NCBI GenBank assembly: GCA_030141605.1
Contig: JAQGDQ010000262.1
Location: 253,240-317,239, forward strand
Origin: Tubiluchus corallicola
Taxonomy: Eukaryota; Animalia; Priapulida
Direction: 5' to 3'
Length of the DNA stretch: 64,000 nt
The notes under the pieces are model-generated. The model searched no databases. It worked only from the letters and a program-made list of their open reading frames with translations, and had not been told where the DNA came from. A program made the translations under genes and the position numbers. Positions 1 to 11,841 of the stretch are shown piece by piece (position 1 is the stretch's first letter; each line of letters begins with the position of its first letter).

Positions 1-315
1 GACAAACTGGATAATGCTCCAAGCACAATCACCGAACAAAGGTGTCAAATTAAAAAACGACATGTGACGTCTCCTCAAATAACAAGTAACCACAAGCTTA
101 ATTCACTGCAAAAATTGTTCACTAATCACTATTATTAGAAAAACTGGCAAATGTTGTTTAATATCCAATATGGAGAATGTTTAGAAGTTGGTGCTCAAAC
201 ACTATTTGAATCATTATCAACTAATATCACTACGTAGAATAAAATATTCAAACTACCTAGTCAACCTTTAATCAGCTTTTAAGAAATAATACCTAATTAT
301 CAATGAAGTGTTTAC

Positions 316-453
316 CGTAAAGTCGAAATTGGGCGGCAGTCGCCTCTTTTCCATTTGCATAATGTTCTCGAGAGCTTTGTAGTAAAGGCTTTCACCCAAC
401 TGCAGCCTCTTCTTGGCAAAGTCTATGTGAGAACCGGGATGGTCTTCTGATGG
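316..453 (-). CDS. RBL1: RBL1/2-like coding exon 11 (pocket A); the gene continues beyond the left edge
   Basis: catttcag|PSEDHPGSHIDFAKKRLQLGESLYYKALENIMQMEKRRLPPNFDFT|gtaaac; 138 nt. Confidence 0.94.
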
Positions 454-1003
454 CTGAAATGACAACAGCTTATACAATCACAGCTTTTGCAGGCGCACTA
501 AGTTTTGGTCTTGCCACAAAAATATGAATGAAGTAGGTCCAGATAAGGATGCTGGATTCTGGCTCGCAGTGCATTGAATTTTACGGAAAATTTAACTGCA
601 GTTAAAAATCTTGAGATCGAATGAAGAATGTTCTAACAAAACTTTGACCATGAAAAGGTTTTGACTGATCATGAGTGCATTTTCAAAGTTACGAGAAAAT
701 CTTGGTCATTTTCCCAAGGTGACTAAATACATCACCCATCCTTGCATATGAAAATCTGAGTTAATTTTATTGCCCAATTTCCTGCAGTTTTTTTTATCAC
801 AAAAGAAAATAATTATACATGTATTTCACTCCCAGTTCTCTTTCTCATCTTTGTGTCAACTATTCTATTACCTTGCGCTTCAAATGCAGGCAAAAATTTG
901 ACGCAATTATTAGTTACATTTGCTCACAAACAATTTCCAGTTTGAAGAATAGTTCGTGGACTTATTAAACAGAGTACACTGTAGCACGAATACTATATCA
1001 TAC

Positions 1004-1085
1004 CTGTGCATAATGTGTGCAGAAAATTTCACCCATTTTCTTTACTCTGGCTTGAACTACTAGATTTGGGTTGACTTTGCATGAC
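1004..1085 (-). CDS. RBL1: RBL1/2-like coding exon 10
   Basis: tgtttag|(Q)SCKVNPNLVVQARVKKMGEIFCTHYAQ|gtatga; 82 nt; phases fit its neighbours. Confidence 0.92.
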
Positions 1086-2059
1086 CTAAACAATAATTAC
1101 ACGATATCATACAAACGTTGCCATACTGTTAAACAACAGGAAGACAAAACTCACAATTCAGTTATGAGGTTCTGTGGACTGGAAGTGCTTTTCATACTGT
1201 CTTTCCACTTCTTTCACCCTTAAGAATGATTCAGTAACGTCCAATTAGAAGGTCTACAGGTACAAAAGTCACATTTTCACGTGTAGTCCCTCGTAAAATC
1301 GTCAAAGTTTAAGTACATTTGTAGCTGTATGGTGTAAATGTCAATGATTTTGATTTTTTTTGGTACCAATGCAACACTTGAACACTTTAATTTTGCCGAG
1401 TCAAACATTTATTTGTTATAGGACTAATAACAAAATTTATAATAGCAAACTCTAGTCCAAATATAAGACTGAGTAGCAATTTAAAAGTTTTGACTATAAT
1501 AAGCAATTTATATTTAGCAAAATATTTTTAAAAACTTCAATAACTTGATCCACAAAAATCATATGTCTGGAATCATTTCAACAGCCTGTGAATTAAATGA
1601 TTTAATGACTAATAATGTTGGAATTAAAACTGTTGGACAGGTTATTATGATATCCTATTTACAACTGCAGTTAGACACATGAACTCGACAAATATTTTTA
1701 AAGATTTATGTTTATGTTTATTGTAGCATTGATGGGCCGCTTTGCTGACTGACTGTCCAAACTGCTATTTTTATGGATACAGTAAGCAACTAGAATGCAC
1801 ATCAGTGTTAAATTCCCTAAGTTCAGCAAACTTGTACACTTGTACATCAATCAATTCTCATTTGTCAATTCGTATCTCTAATTTCGAATTGGTTCAGTTG
1901 GTTTTTGACCTTTAAATAATCTTGCTGGTTAGGTTCTCACTGTTAGATTGCCTGCCCTCCCTTCCCGTAGACTGAACCATCCGGGCAAGACAGCAGTGAC
2001 AGGAAGAAACAGTCAAACAGCACAATATAAACAAGCAGTGTTGTCATTAGAATCGTCTT

Positions 2060-2421
2060 TAGGGGTGAGCATCGAACGTTCGAATTCGAACCAAAAATGA
2101 TAAATTCGAACAATTCAGCAATTCAAACACGTACATTCCTTATCATAAAAATGTTTGAAACGTCATGCAATTAGCACAACTTAACTGTAATTTCTGTGTC
2201 CAATTATAAAGAAATTATTAGTGATTTTACTGCAGAACTAAATGGAATAATACGCATAATCTCTGTAAGACCGCTTTCTAATGGTGGTTCGAAAACTTGT
2301 TCGAAAATCTTTCCAACAGAGTTCGAAGTCGATTCGAATTTGAAATACTGAAATTTGATTTGAATTCGAAAGTCACAAATTCGATTCTAATTCGCTTCCT
2401 GGTAAAGAATGCTCACCCCTA
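2060..2421. mobile_element. hAT-like MITE
   Basis: 13-bp TIR TAGGGGTGAGCAT/ATGCTCACCCCTA and many subterminal TTCGAA motifs; no intact TSD. Confidence 0.7.
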
Positions 2422-2865
2422 ATGCTCGTCACTTAATAAATCCCTTCACTGCGCAGAGTGAAGTTATCCCTGCGAATTCACTCAGAAAAATGCACTAAGT
2501 TATAGGGCTTTCAGGACAGTTTGACAGTCTCTTAGCAAATAAATTGATCATAAAACAGCTTTCTTGCATATTTAGTCGAAATGTTTTCCTTCAGATTTGA
2601 AGAAATCTGTTAAGTAATGCACATTTTATCAACTGAATCTTATTAGTAACTCAGACGAAAAATTGACTGTCATGTTTACTAGTTTTTGTGATGCGAGTCA
2701 GGTTACTGAATATTCAGTGTATGAGAATGCCATGTTTAGTAATTATGAACATCGACTTTCTAATGTTTAAAATTAAACGAAAGTTAATTAGATTTTATAG
2801 TTGCATGTGGCATTTATTCATGAAACTAATCTGACAAAATAAAAGCAAAAACAAAACTAACTTAC

Positions 2866-3035
2866 TGAAAAATAGCTAGCAATATCTCACTAGGAGCAGC
2901 TTTGCAACCAGCTAGTAAACCTTGCAGGCGACTGACGCTCTGCGTAGCGGTTGATACCGGAGTGATATTTCCTATATCTTTTTCTTTCAGATACCTCCGT
3001 CCCGTCAGCGGAGTGGAGGGCGCTAGCGTCTTTGT
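2866..3035 (-). CDS. RBL1: RBL1/2-like coding exon 9 (start of pocket A region)
   Basis: atttcag|TKTLAPSTPLTGRRYLKEKDIGNITPVSTATQSVSRLQGLLAGCKAAPSEILLAIF|gtaagt; STPLTGRRYL and TPVSTATQSVSRL are p107/p130-type motifs; 170 nt. Confidence 0.96.
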
Positions 3036-3436
3036 CTGAAATACAAATGCATACATCATAGCAATAAATGCAATGGTGGTAAAAGTAAATAAACTGAAAT
3101 GTGTACCTACTAAAATACTTTTAATTATCAAATACGGAAAGTCTGTCATACTATTGTGATAGATGGGGGGACATCGAATGCATTTACGTAGTCAGTTTAT
3201 TGTATACGAAACTTATTTGAAACTGATTTTCTTTTAATGCTATGTTAGCAAATGCACACGAAAACCACAGGTTTGAGCGTATGAGAAACTTTTGCATATA
3301 CGAAGTGATACCAGCGCACAAGTGATACGAGTTCAGAATAAAGAATGCTCTAAAATATTGAAAACTACAATAGCTTATTTTAAATCAAAGCTTTGATTAA
3401 ATAATAATTATCTCGGATTATGAAATTTTGTTAAAG

Positions 3437-3629
3437 TTTCAAATCTACGGGCGGCTCAGTGAATCTACTAAGACTGGCAACAGCGCCTTTTTGTCATTAG
3501 CGTGGCCAACAAATAGAAGGCGGTACCGTGATAACCATGATCATGAACTGTAGTGTTAGTTTCTGACGTCATATGACGTAGAGCTCATTTTTGTGACATC
3601 ATGCACTTAAGCAGTACTGTAATACTTAC
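3437..3629 (+). repeat. Dispersed repeat, copy A (copy B at 41494-41676)
   Basis: Colinear, diverged match to 41494-41676 in the same orientation. Confidence 0.8.
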
Positions 3630-3872
3630 GCTACTATACTAAGTTACTGCATAATGGGGGTAGCAGACACTACTTAATTTTATAACAATACCGACTATAC
3701 GGATTTGCTGAAGACTAAGTTGAATATGTTATAATTGTTACGTTAGTAATTTATAATCGATTAGCAAGGATAGTCAGAAAAAAAACCAATGGTGTGAACT
3801 AAAAACCCAATCCATTATAATCGACTGAAACAATTAATCGGTCACACCACTACCATGTGAACCTGACCATAC

Positions 3873-4053
3873 CGAATCAAAATGTTGCTGGAGATTGCGT
3901 TTAACCTGCATGTGCGACGTCAACTCGGACGGAGATGAGCCGACTTTGGCTGGGGTGCCAATTTCTGTGCTTGCCTCAGAACCCAGAAATATTCGCTCAT
4001 CAAAATCACCCACACTCAAGACGAATTCTTCGTAGACTTTGTTCAAGTTTTTC
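3873..4053 (-). CDS. RBL1: RBL1/2-like coding exon 8
   Basis: tttttcag|(M)KNLNKVYEEFVLSVGDFDERIFLGSEASTEIGTPAK...NLQQHFDS|gtatgg; YEExVLxVGDFDERIFL motif; 181 nt. Confidence 0.96.
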
Positions 4054-4822
4054 CTGAAAAATGACACAAACAAATTAGAAATGAAAATTTGCAAGATAAA
4101 TTTTTTAAATTTGTATTTTCAAGGATACACCAGGTCTAGTTTTGCCAGTTCTGACATGGATCTGGATCAGCATCAGGGATGAGAATGACAAATTGCAAAA
4201 AAAACCTCTGAAACAGGTCGGGGTTTTGGTGCAATTTTGAGACCACAGAGAACCCCTAAGTCGAGTTAAATTTTCAATTACCTTGTTTCGTGCTGGCCGC
4301 TCCTATGCAAAAGTATATAAAAACTGTCTGCAATTGACTCAAATAACTCCGCACAATTGATTCTATATTTTTATACATAGAGATATACACGTGGTTACAC
4401 TGATGAAGCGGTCAGCTTGTGAAATAATGTACTGGGTCCGTAAAAATTTTCTTAACGAATTTACGCGATTTACAAAAATGGCACTACTGGTCTTCCAAAA
4501 ACTCGGAATTCCGTGCATCAGCGGAAAATTCTCATCCTTGCAGCATGTGGCAGATCCGGTTCCGGATATACAAATGAATGTAATTAAAATTTCATTTGCT
4601 TAGCCTCTTTTGTGCATGTGGTGGCAATGCCTGTTTGTTTTCAGGGTCACTGAGAAATTTCGAGTGGACATACTGCAAATGTTGATGTACTGTCAATATG
4701 AATACCGGACAGGCTCTTAGTTTAAACTAAAAAACTGCCAAACTAACTTTTACTGGAAGTACAGAAAGATCTAAATTTTTATTAGTATTACAGTTTTTAT
4801 CTATATATTATTTCTCGTAAAC

Positions 4823-5305
4823 CAGGGGTGTGCAAATTATCTGACTAGCCGGGCGACATTAAATTTTCCCGCAATTCCTGCGGGCCACAGGCAGTTTGAT
4901 CAAGCAACCAAGTACGGAAAGGCCTAAGAACGATTTTTTTGCACCCGACCTGCGTACATCATTACTACTACACTCAAGAAACTTTTAGAAGTTATTAAAA
5001 TTCGTATTACAAACCATATATTTCTGCTTTCAGGACAGATAGACATGGTAATTTCATTACAATGCATATTAGTAATGTGTATCACACAGTCTGTGTAGTA
5101 CAGTGACATTAAGCTACAACCGTCTTGTAAGGGTTAATGGTATCCGATCTAGTAGAAAAAACTACCCGCACTATCTTTGGGATCGTGGCACGGACTTCAG
5201 CTGGATACACTCAATTAATCGCCCGGGCCGCACTTTCATTAGGTTGACAAATCTCTTCGTGGGCCGCACAAATTCTCTCGGCGGGCCGCTATTTGCACAC
5301 CCCTG
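4823..5305. mobile_element. hAT (Charlie-like) MITE
   Basis: 15-bp TIR CAGGGGTGTGCAAAT; perfect 8-bp TSD TCGTAAAC (4815-4822 and 5306-5313); subterminal GCGGGCCGC-like motifs. Confidence 0.93.
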
Positions 5306-5514
5306 TCGTAAACCAAATGAACATTATATTCTGCCCACACTTAAAAATTGGCCAATTTGATCATTTTCTGTTCAGCATATCCAACAGACATCAAAGAATT
5401 CTATTTGTTTGTTCCAGACTCAAAGAATTTGTACTACTTGAGAGGACGACACCACAAAAACAACGATATTAACTGTAATAAATTTTTTAAAAATGCCACA
5501 AGTAAAAAACTCAC

Positions 5515-5579
5515 ATATTTTGTTCAAAGTTCGGTTGCTCTAAAAGACCAGACAAAGTTTCCTTGGTGCCTTTAAGAAT
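5515..5579 (-). CDS. RBL1: RBL1/2-like coding exon 7
   Basis: tgtttttag|ILKGTKETLSGLLEQPNFEQN|gtgagt; 65 nt; phases fit exons 6 and 8. Confidence 0.9.
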
Positions 5580-6022
5580 CTAAAAACAAAGAAACAAAGA
5601 AATATCAAAATTAATGCAAAACTAGTCAAGAAATTTTTAAAGCAAACAATTTTTTAACCTCCAACAAGGAAAAGTCAAATTTATAGATTTCAACTATACT
5701 CTAACACGTACAAACTTCAAATATCTACTAGCATGCAGCTGCCATGTTGCTCTTTAGAATGGGATTTTTATTGGGACATTTAATAGTTACAGTGACATCT
5801 TTCCATTAGTTTTCCTGCGTTTAAACTCGGAATATACTTCCTCAGCAATGAAGAGTTTTTCCTTCTCTCTATGTATGAATAAACGCTTTACAGTCATCTC
5901 TGAACTACAATGGAAAACTTTGTTTGCACAATAGCGACAATCTTTGAATTTGGTTTCAGACAAGGTAAATGAAAGCATAGCACACTTTATTCATTAGCAA
6001 GTTGTTGTAAATGAGGCTATAC

Positions 6023-6183
6023 CTTCTGGTCGAACAATCGCTTGATGTGAGGTTTCCACCAGTGTTCTTTGATACCACGCGCTTCAAGCTCTAAACCTTC
6101 GTGCTGATCGCACAAGTGCTCTATTATGCAGGGCGGTTCCATAGGCACCTGGTAGTCTCTCGAATTAAAATCCCTTGGCAATA
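6023..6183 (-). CDS. RBL1: RBL1/2-like coding exon 6
   Basis: ttgatag|(V)LPRDFNSRDYQVPMEPPCIIEHLCDQHEGLELEARGIKEHWWKPHIKRLFDQK|gtatag; 161 nt. Confidence 0.95.
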
Positions 6184-7075
6184 CTATCAAAAAATCAAAA
6201 TTAAAGTTCTTCTGAGTGATTTAATTCAATAAATCAATACACATGCAAACTTTAAGTTGCGGTACAAGTATATGGGTAAGCAAAACAAAAATTTTGTTAA
6301 CTAGACGGGCTGAAGTTATTATGAATGATGCGTGACCTTGATCCCATTTGTTTTTTTTGTGACCATAATTTTACATGGTGCATTAAAAAACAGTAACTGC
6401 CGCAACAGAGGTAAGTTCAGGAACTGCTAGTTCAATATCTTGTACTTGATGGTAATATAAATATAATTACTCATGTAGGTGGGTTTAACTTGAGAACTTC
6501 TGTAAACGTAAGCTTTTCAATTAACTACTTCATGCATTATAAGGCGTTTCTTATTGACTTTGAAACAGTAAGATACATAACAGGAAGCAAATTTTGGAAA
6601 AAATGATTTAAACTGTCTTTAGACGTAGGTCAACGTATGGTAAACAAAGATAGTGATATCGCTACTTCCTTTAATACTGATGTCTAAACAACGTTATGTA
6701 CAGCATCATTACAAATATACTAACTTGACTCTCAAAACACTGTGGGGTTGAACGACTAGGGGTCTAAACAAGAGAATTATCCCTGTTGTATGTTGCTTTA
6801 GTAAATTTGTATACAATTTACTTTGAGCGCATAACTAGTTTAGATATACCATAGTTTAGGTTTGCCATATATACAAATGTAAATGTGTTGCGGGCAATCA
6901 AAAAGCAGGGATTGTTAAATTGTCCCACACTGTGAAAGAAAAAAAGTAATGAAAATTATCTGAAAATTTAATTTTTGCCATGGATGAGTCTTCTAGCCCA
7001 CACCAGTACGTAGATTATGAATGTGATTATAACTAAAAAAGTTATTACGTTTTTATCACTATAATTGTAACATAC

Positions 7076-7201
7076 CTGGAAATTCTGGATTAAGCAGATC
7101 CCTTCTGTCTGTGAGTAAAGCATTAGCATAGAACAAATCCAGACAGCATAACACAAGGTGATAGGAATTCACCAGATCATCGCTTATGGCTGGAAAATTA
7201 C
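7076..7201 (-). CDS. RBL1: RBL1/2-like coding exon 5
   Basis: gtcgctag|(G)NFPAISDDLVNSYHLVLCCLDLFYANALLTDRRDLLNPEFP|gtatgt; DDLVNSYHLxLCCLD motif; 126 nt. Confidence 0.96.
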
Positions 7202-7825
7202 CTAGCGACAAATAAAAAGCACAAACGTGAATGTCAACCAATGAACGCATCTATTCACCTGTTTTTCTAACAAACACGTTATGAATATGTTATACTGGCT
7301 AGTGATAAAAAGTAATACTGTAAATGGGAAATGTTGCTAACTACCATTATAACACATAGACATACACATAAATAGATTAGTATATTAAAAATTAACGGTG
7401 ATGCTGCAGATAACAAAAACAAATAAAAAAATAATAATAATAAAAACAATATAATGATACAAATTATCCAAAAAGAACTGAAAGCAAAAAAATAATAAAG
7501 TTGGATACCAAAATCTAAACAAAACAATACAAATTTTTCAGAAATTAGGATATATACACAATAGAATCTTATTTCGTAATAATGACCAAAAGTTATTTTT
7601 ATCAGTTGTTATCTGGCTTGGTGCTTTGAATAGAGAACTTTTCTTTAAATACAAGCAAAAATAAAAACAAGAAATGCATCTCCTGTTTTGTAAAGCTTGT
7701 CCAACATAAAATTTTGTAAATACCAGCAACGAAACTCATAAATTTTAACAATAAATGCGGGTAGATTAAAACTTAATCCCTACTGCAATACCATAGTGAA
7801 ATGGACTGATATACCATTGCCATAC

Positions 7826-7890
7826 CTTTAACATATACAAACAAGGTCCAACATGCGTTAATAACTTCTGTAGCGGAGCATGGAGGTTTC
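7826..7890 (-). CDS. RBL1: RBL1/2-like coding exon 4
   Basis: tttttag|(K)KPPCSATEVINACWTLFVYVK|gtatgg; 65 nt; CWTLFVY motif. Confidence 0.93.
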
Positions 7891-8108
7891 CTAAAAAAAG
7901 AAGCTTCAATGAAGTAAGATAAGCAAAATAAATCTATAAAACTTGAGCAACTGTTATTGTTGCACTACTTTAGACTAAACAATGTATTTTGTCCCACATA
8001 TAAATAAATAAACTATTTGTAATTTAGCAAATGTGCATTTTCATCAACCGAACCGAAGCTCAAAAGATTGATTGGCCGTGTCGCCGAACCGAATAAAATA
8101 TCAAGTTA

Positions 8109-8546
8109 CCGTATTTTCCCGTGTATAAGAGACCCTTTTTTGCTCAGAATTTTCACTTTAAAAATAGGGGGTCTCTTATACATGGGAGTAAGTCTTTTCA
8201 ATAAGATGCATAAATTGTGACACTAATGATTTTAAAGAAATAAGTGCTCTACAACTGTTTTGCGTGTCGCGTTCGACTATGAAGCGGTTGTAAGCAATAC
8301 AAGCATCGTGACACAGGCATTATCTCCTCGTTTTCTCTTTTCCTGTTACAGGTTTGCAGGTACGCACTTTAATATATACCAGTACTCTTTTTCTACAACA
8401 CATTAACTGGTTTTATTTTGTTTTCAGTACCGCACTGAGTTGAAAAAAGTTGTACTTTACCCTCTAAAAATGTCCGTCTGAAAAAACTTTTTTCCAGAAT
8501 TTTTGCCTAAAAATTGAAGGGGTCTCTTATACACGGGAAAATACGG
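8109..8546. mobile_element. Tc1/mariner-superfamily (pogo/Tc2-like) MITE
   Basis: Long perfect TIR CCGTATTTTCCCGTGTATAAGAGACCC flanked by TA on both sides; an internal second copy of the TIR core. Confidence 0.9.
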
Positions 8547-9009
8547 TAAATCCGAATACCGAACTGAATTTTTACAAAACGAAATCATTTTTTTGTAATT
8601 CTAGCTGAAAAGATTTATAAACTCTTTAATCGTTTATCGTTTCAAGTTAGTGGTGATTGGTGAGCAGTATAAAACTGCTCTGATTACTAAATCTGTGTTT
8701 GTATTTAATGGTTAATGTTATGTAGTAAAGTATTACATATTAGAAACAGCACCAATTCTTTCAAAAGTTATTCAATTATCTTACAAGTATAATCAACAAA
8801 AACAGCATTTAAGCAAAATTTCAGTGGTATAATTGTTTACTAGCTAAAGTTTTCATTGATTTACTTTGACGTGTACAAGCGAACGCAGCACCGCCACAAT
8901 ATTGCGTGTTGACGTGACTTCTGTACCGACAGTGCAACGCACTCTTTGAGTTATCATACAGAAACAGAAATCAAAATGTCGGCTATTCTGTCGTGTTCAT
9001 AATTTTTTA

Positions 9010-9445
9010 CTAGCTTTTTTCAATAAATTTTATAAGCGAAGGCCCCGCAAAAAATTTAGCGTATAAGTACACTTATAATCAATAATACGCAAACTTCCTA
9101 CATAGTCCTCATTTATAACGCAAAGCGAGCAGCAGCTTTTAGTGAATTGAAGTTATAAGCAGAGTATAATGGATGTTGTCAGAACAATGGCTTTGCGTCA
9201 GCAGTTTTCACCAGAAATAAGAGGTATAAGTTTTGCAAAAAACGGCCGAAAAATGTCCATTTTTGGAGGTTTTTCACCCTTCGTTCCTCGCGGTGGGCGA
9301 GATTCGAAAAATAAACCCCTAATGGCACGACACTAGATCGAGACCTTTCGTTTGATATATAAATCGCCGCAAATGGTGCCGTCGTTGGAGCTGTAGCCTC
9401 GAATCTTATATACACACATATATATATTTAACATATTATATAAAT
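9010..9445 (-). mobile_element. Possible non-autonomous Helitron-like element
   Basis: The minus strand starts TA/TG-rich and ends with an imperfect GC hairpin (GCGGGGCCTTCGC) followed by ...AGCTAG|T. Confidence 0.35.
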
Positions 9446-9834
9446 TAATATATTCTTGTTTTTATAGGGAAACATTCGGTTTGTTTAATTTTCACTGAAT
9501 CTGACAATGCTTCATCGCACTGAAGTTTCTCCGAGCTTTCAGTGATTACAACCGAAGTTTATTGGGCCGGATTTTTATACTGATATTCGAGGAAAAAATC
9601 CAATGATCCAAACATTCGGTGCATCCCTATAAATTATGTTCAATAGTGGAAACGTTATATAAAGTTTATATGAATATGAAGGCTAACATTCTTTCTACAC
9701 GCAAGGAAAAAACTTGTTAGAAAGTTAAAACTGGATTTAGAAAACGTACTTTTTTGCAAACTGAAAACAAAGATTTGTATAATGCAAGAAGTTACAAAAT
9801 TAGCCTCAGCTACAACCAATGTCAAAGCACTGAC

Positions 9835-10035
9835 TTTTGTTTTCGAGATTTTGGCACTCTTGGCGGGTCGTTGGCTGGATCTTTGAAAATGTCCAGAAAT
9901 ATGGGTTCAAACTTTTTGAAGATCACAGTCGATACGGCAAAAACCCGCTCCAGTCGATCCACTTTGCTGCAGAATTCTTGTGGAAGATTTGCCATGTCAG
10001 CCCATTTTTTCATTTTACTGAAGAACTGGATAAGG
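9835..10035 (-). CDS. RBL1: RBL1/2-like coding exon 3
   Basis: ttcacag|(S)LIQFFSKMKKWADMANLPQEFCSKVDRLERVFAVSTVIFKKFEPIFLDIFKDPANDPPRVPKSRKQ|gtcagt; 201 nt, phases 2/2. Confidence 0.96.
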
Positions 10036-10211
10036 CTGTGAAAAAGAATGACAATTTATAAACAAAAAGAGATATTTAAAGCATAAATTTTATTTTAACT
10101 CAACATTAGTGCTGCCAAAAGCCATTCAGAGCGTGTGCAAAAGGCACGCGCTTAGTTGGAAGATTGTCCAAAAAGAAACGTCCGCCAAATGAACTCGTAA
10201 CCTCACTCTGG

Positions 10212-10494
10212 TAAAGGAATGAGTAAAAGAGACCCATATCACTGTGTAGCCCGTTTTATACTCTTTCAAAAAGCCATTTCCTCCAAGACCCACTACTGAC
10301 CCACTCTACATGAAATCCAACAATGAACAAAAGGGACAATTTGTGGAGCTTTCTGCCTGCTGCTCCTAGAAGTACACGGTGTAGGAAAAAATCCTAGTGC
10401 TTCGCGTGGTCTTGGAAAAAAGTTTATAGCTCTTTCTAAAGAGAAGAAACCAGGCTACAAGATGAAGTGGGTCTCTTTTACAAATGCCTCTACG
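10212..10494. mobile_element. Long-TIR MITE remnant, superfamily uncertain
   Basis: Imperfect inverted ends of about 50 bp (GTAAAAGAGACCCA..GTAGCC versus GGCTAC..TGGGTCTCTTTTAC). Confidence 0.55.
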
Positions 10495-10517
10495 ATGATA
10501 AAGGATAAATGATAAAG

Positions 10518-11021
10518 GTGAATCAACTTTTGCTCACTTACATGTACAGAAGCAGCAGGCCTAGGCCTCTGTCAAATTGGTACACTAACCTTACCACATC
10601 GTAACAGAAACATGTGAATCAACTTTTGCTCACTTACATGTAGAGAAGCAGCAGGCCTAGGCCTCTGTCAAATTGGTAAAATAACATTACCACATCGTAA
10701 TAGAAACATGTGAATCAACTTTTGCTCACTTACATGTACAGAAGCAACAGGCCTAGCCCTCTGTCAAATTGGTACACTAACCTTACCACATCGTAATAGA
10801 AACATGTGAATCAACTTTTGTTCACTTACATGTACAGAAGCAACAGGCCTAGGCCTCTGTCAAATTGGTACACTAACATTACCACATCGTAATAGAAACA
10901 TGTGAATCAACTTTTGCTCACTTACATGTACAGAAGCAGCAGGCCTAGGCCTCTGTCAAATTGGTACACTAATCTTACCACATCGTAATAGAAACATGTG
11001 AATCAACTTTTGTTCACTTAC
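10518..11021. repeat. 96-bp tandem array, 5 full units plus a partial unit, in RBL intron 2
   Basis: Unit starts at 10518, 10614, 10710, 10806, 10902, 10998; contains palindromes AGGCCTAGGCCT and TACATGTA. Confidence 0.97.
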
Positions 11022-11056
11022 AAATTTATAGGCACATCTCATAATTCCAATGAAGA

Positions 11057-11663
11057 TGTGTGCTCCCTAGCTACCTTGCGGTTCATTTATTGCGGACACG
11101 CTATTTCGCGGGTTTTCAAAAATATTAATGTAAAATATTTATCGCGGTATTTTGTGGGTTTTTGCGGTACTCTGTCAAAAGTATTTTTGCACATGCGTAG
11201 TACGTATTGTGCAGTAATGTATAGATTTGATGAATTTTGTATAAAAAATCACAAAATGTATAAAAATATATTAAAAATATTAACTCTAACATTAAAAGAA
11301 TATTATAAATCATAAAAAGTTACCATTTATAGTAAACAGTGTATTTATTCAGTGGATGAATACACACCAAAAACGAAATGTAGTACTTGCACCCGCTTAA
11401 GATGCTACTGAAAGTTTTTTAAAAGGTACATGTACAGTATGGGAAAAGTTATTAAGGGAATGGGAAAAGATTATGTATAAGAGTGTGGGGGAGGGTTTAT
11501 AAAGATTTAAAATAATGTATAACTACTAAAATAAGTATAGCGTCCCTACTTCGCGGAAATTCACTTATCGCGGGTGGGCCTGGAACGGAACACCAGCGAT
11601 ACGTGAGGGAACACTCGCGGGTGGGCCTGGAACGGAACACCAGCGATACGTGAGGGAACACTG
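11057..11663. mobile_element. pogo/Tigger-like MITE with a duplicated right end
   Basis: Right end GCGATACGTGAGGGAACACTG|TA; degraded left end GTGCTCCCTAGCTACCTTGCG; TCGCGG subterminal motifs. Confidence 0.7.
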
Positions 11664-11707
11664 TATTCAATTTAATCAATCTAGAGTTTCAGTATATTTG
11701 AACCTAC

Positions 11708-11841
11708 CTTAGATCAGCAGAACGCAAGAGTCTTGTCAATGAAACACAGTTTCCCTCCATAGTTCCACTGCCAACGGTGGGCAACTGACTACTTCGACAG
11801 GCCACATAAAGAGCGCAGGCAAGCCAGTGTATAGAGTCACC
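11708..11841 (-). CDS. RBL1: RBL1/2-like coding exon 2
   Basis: ctttag|GDSIHWLACALYVACRSSQLPTVGSGTMEGNCVSLTRLLRSADL|gtaggt; hallmark HWLACALYVACR and GNCVSLTR motifs; 134 nt; absent from the ORF track. Confidence 0.96.
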
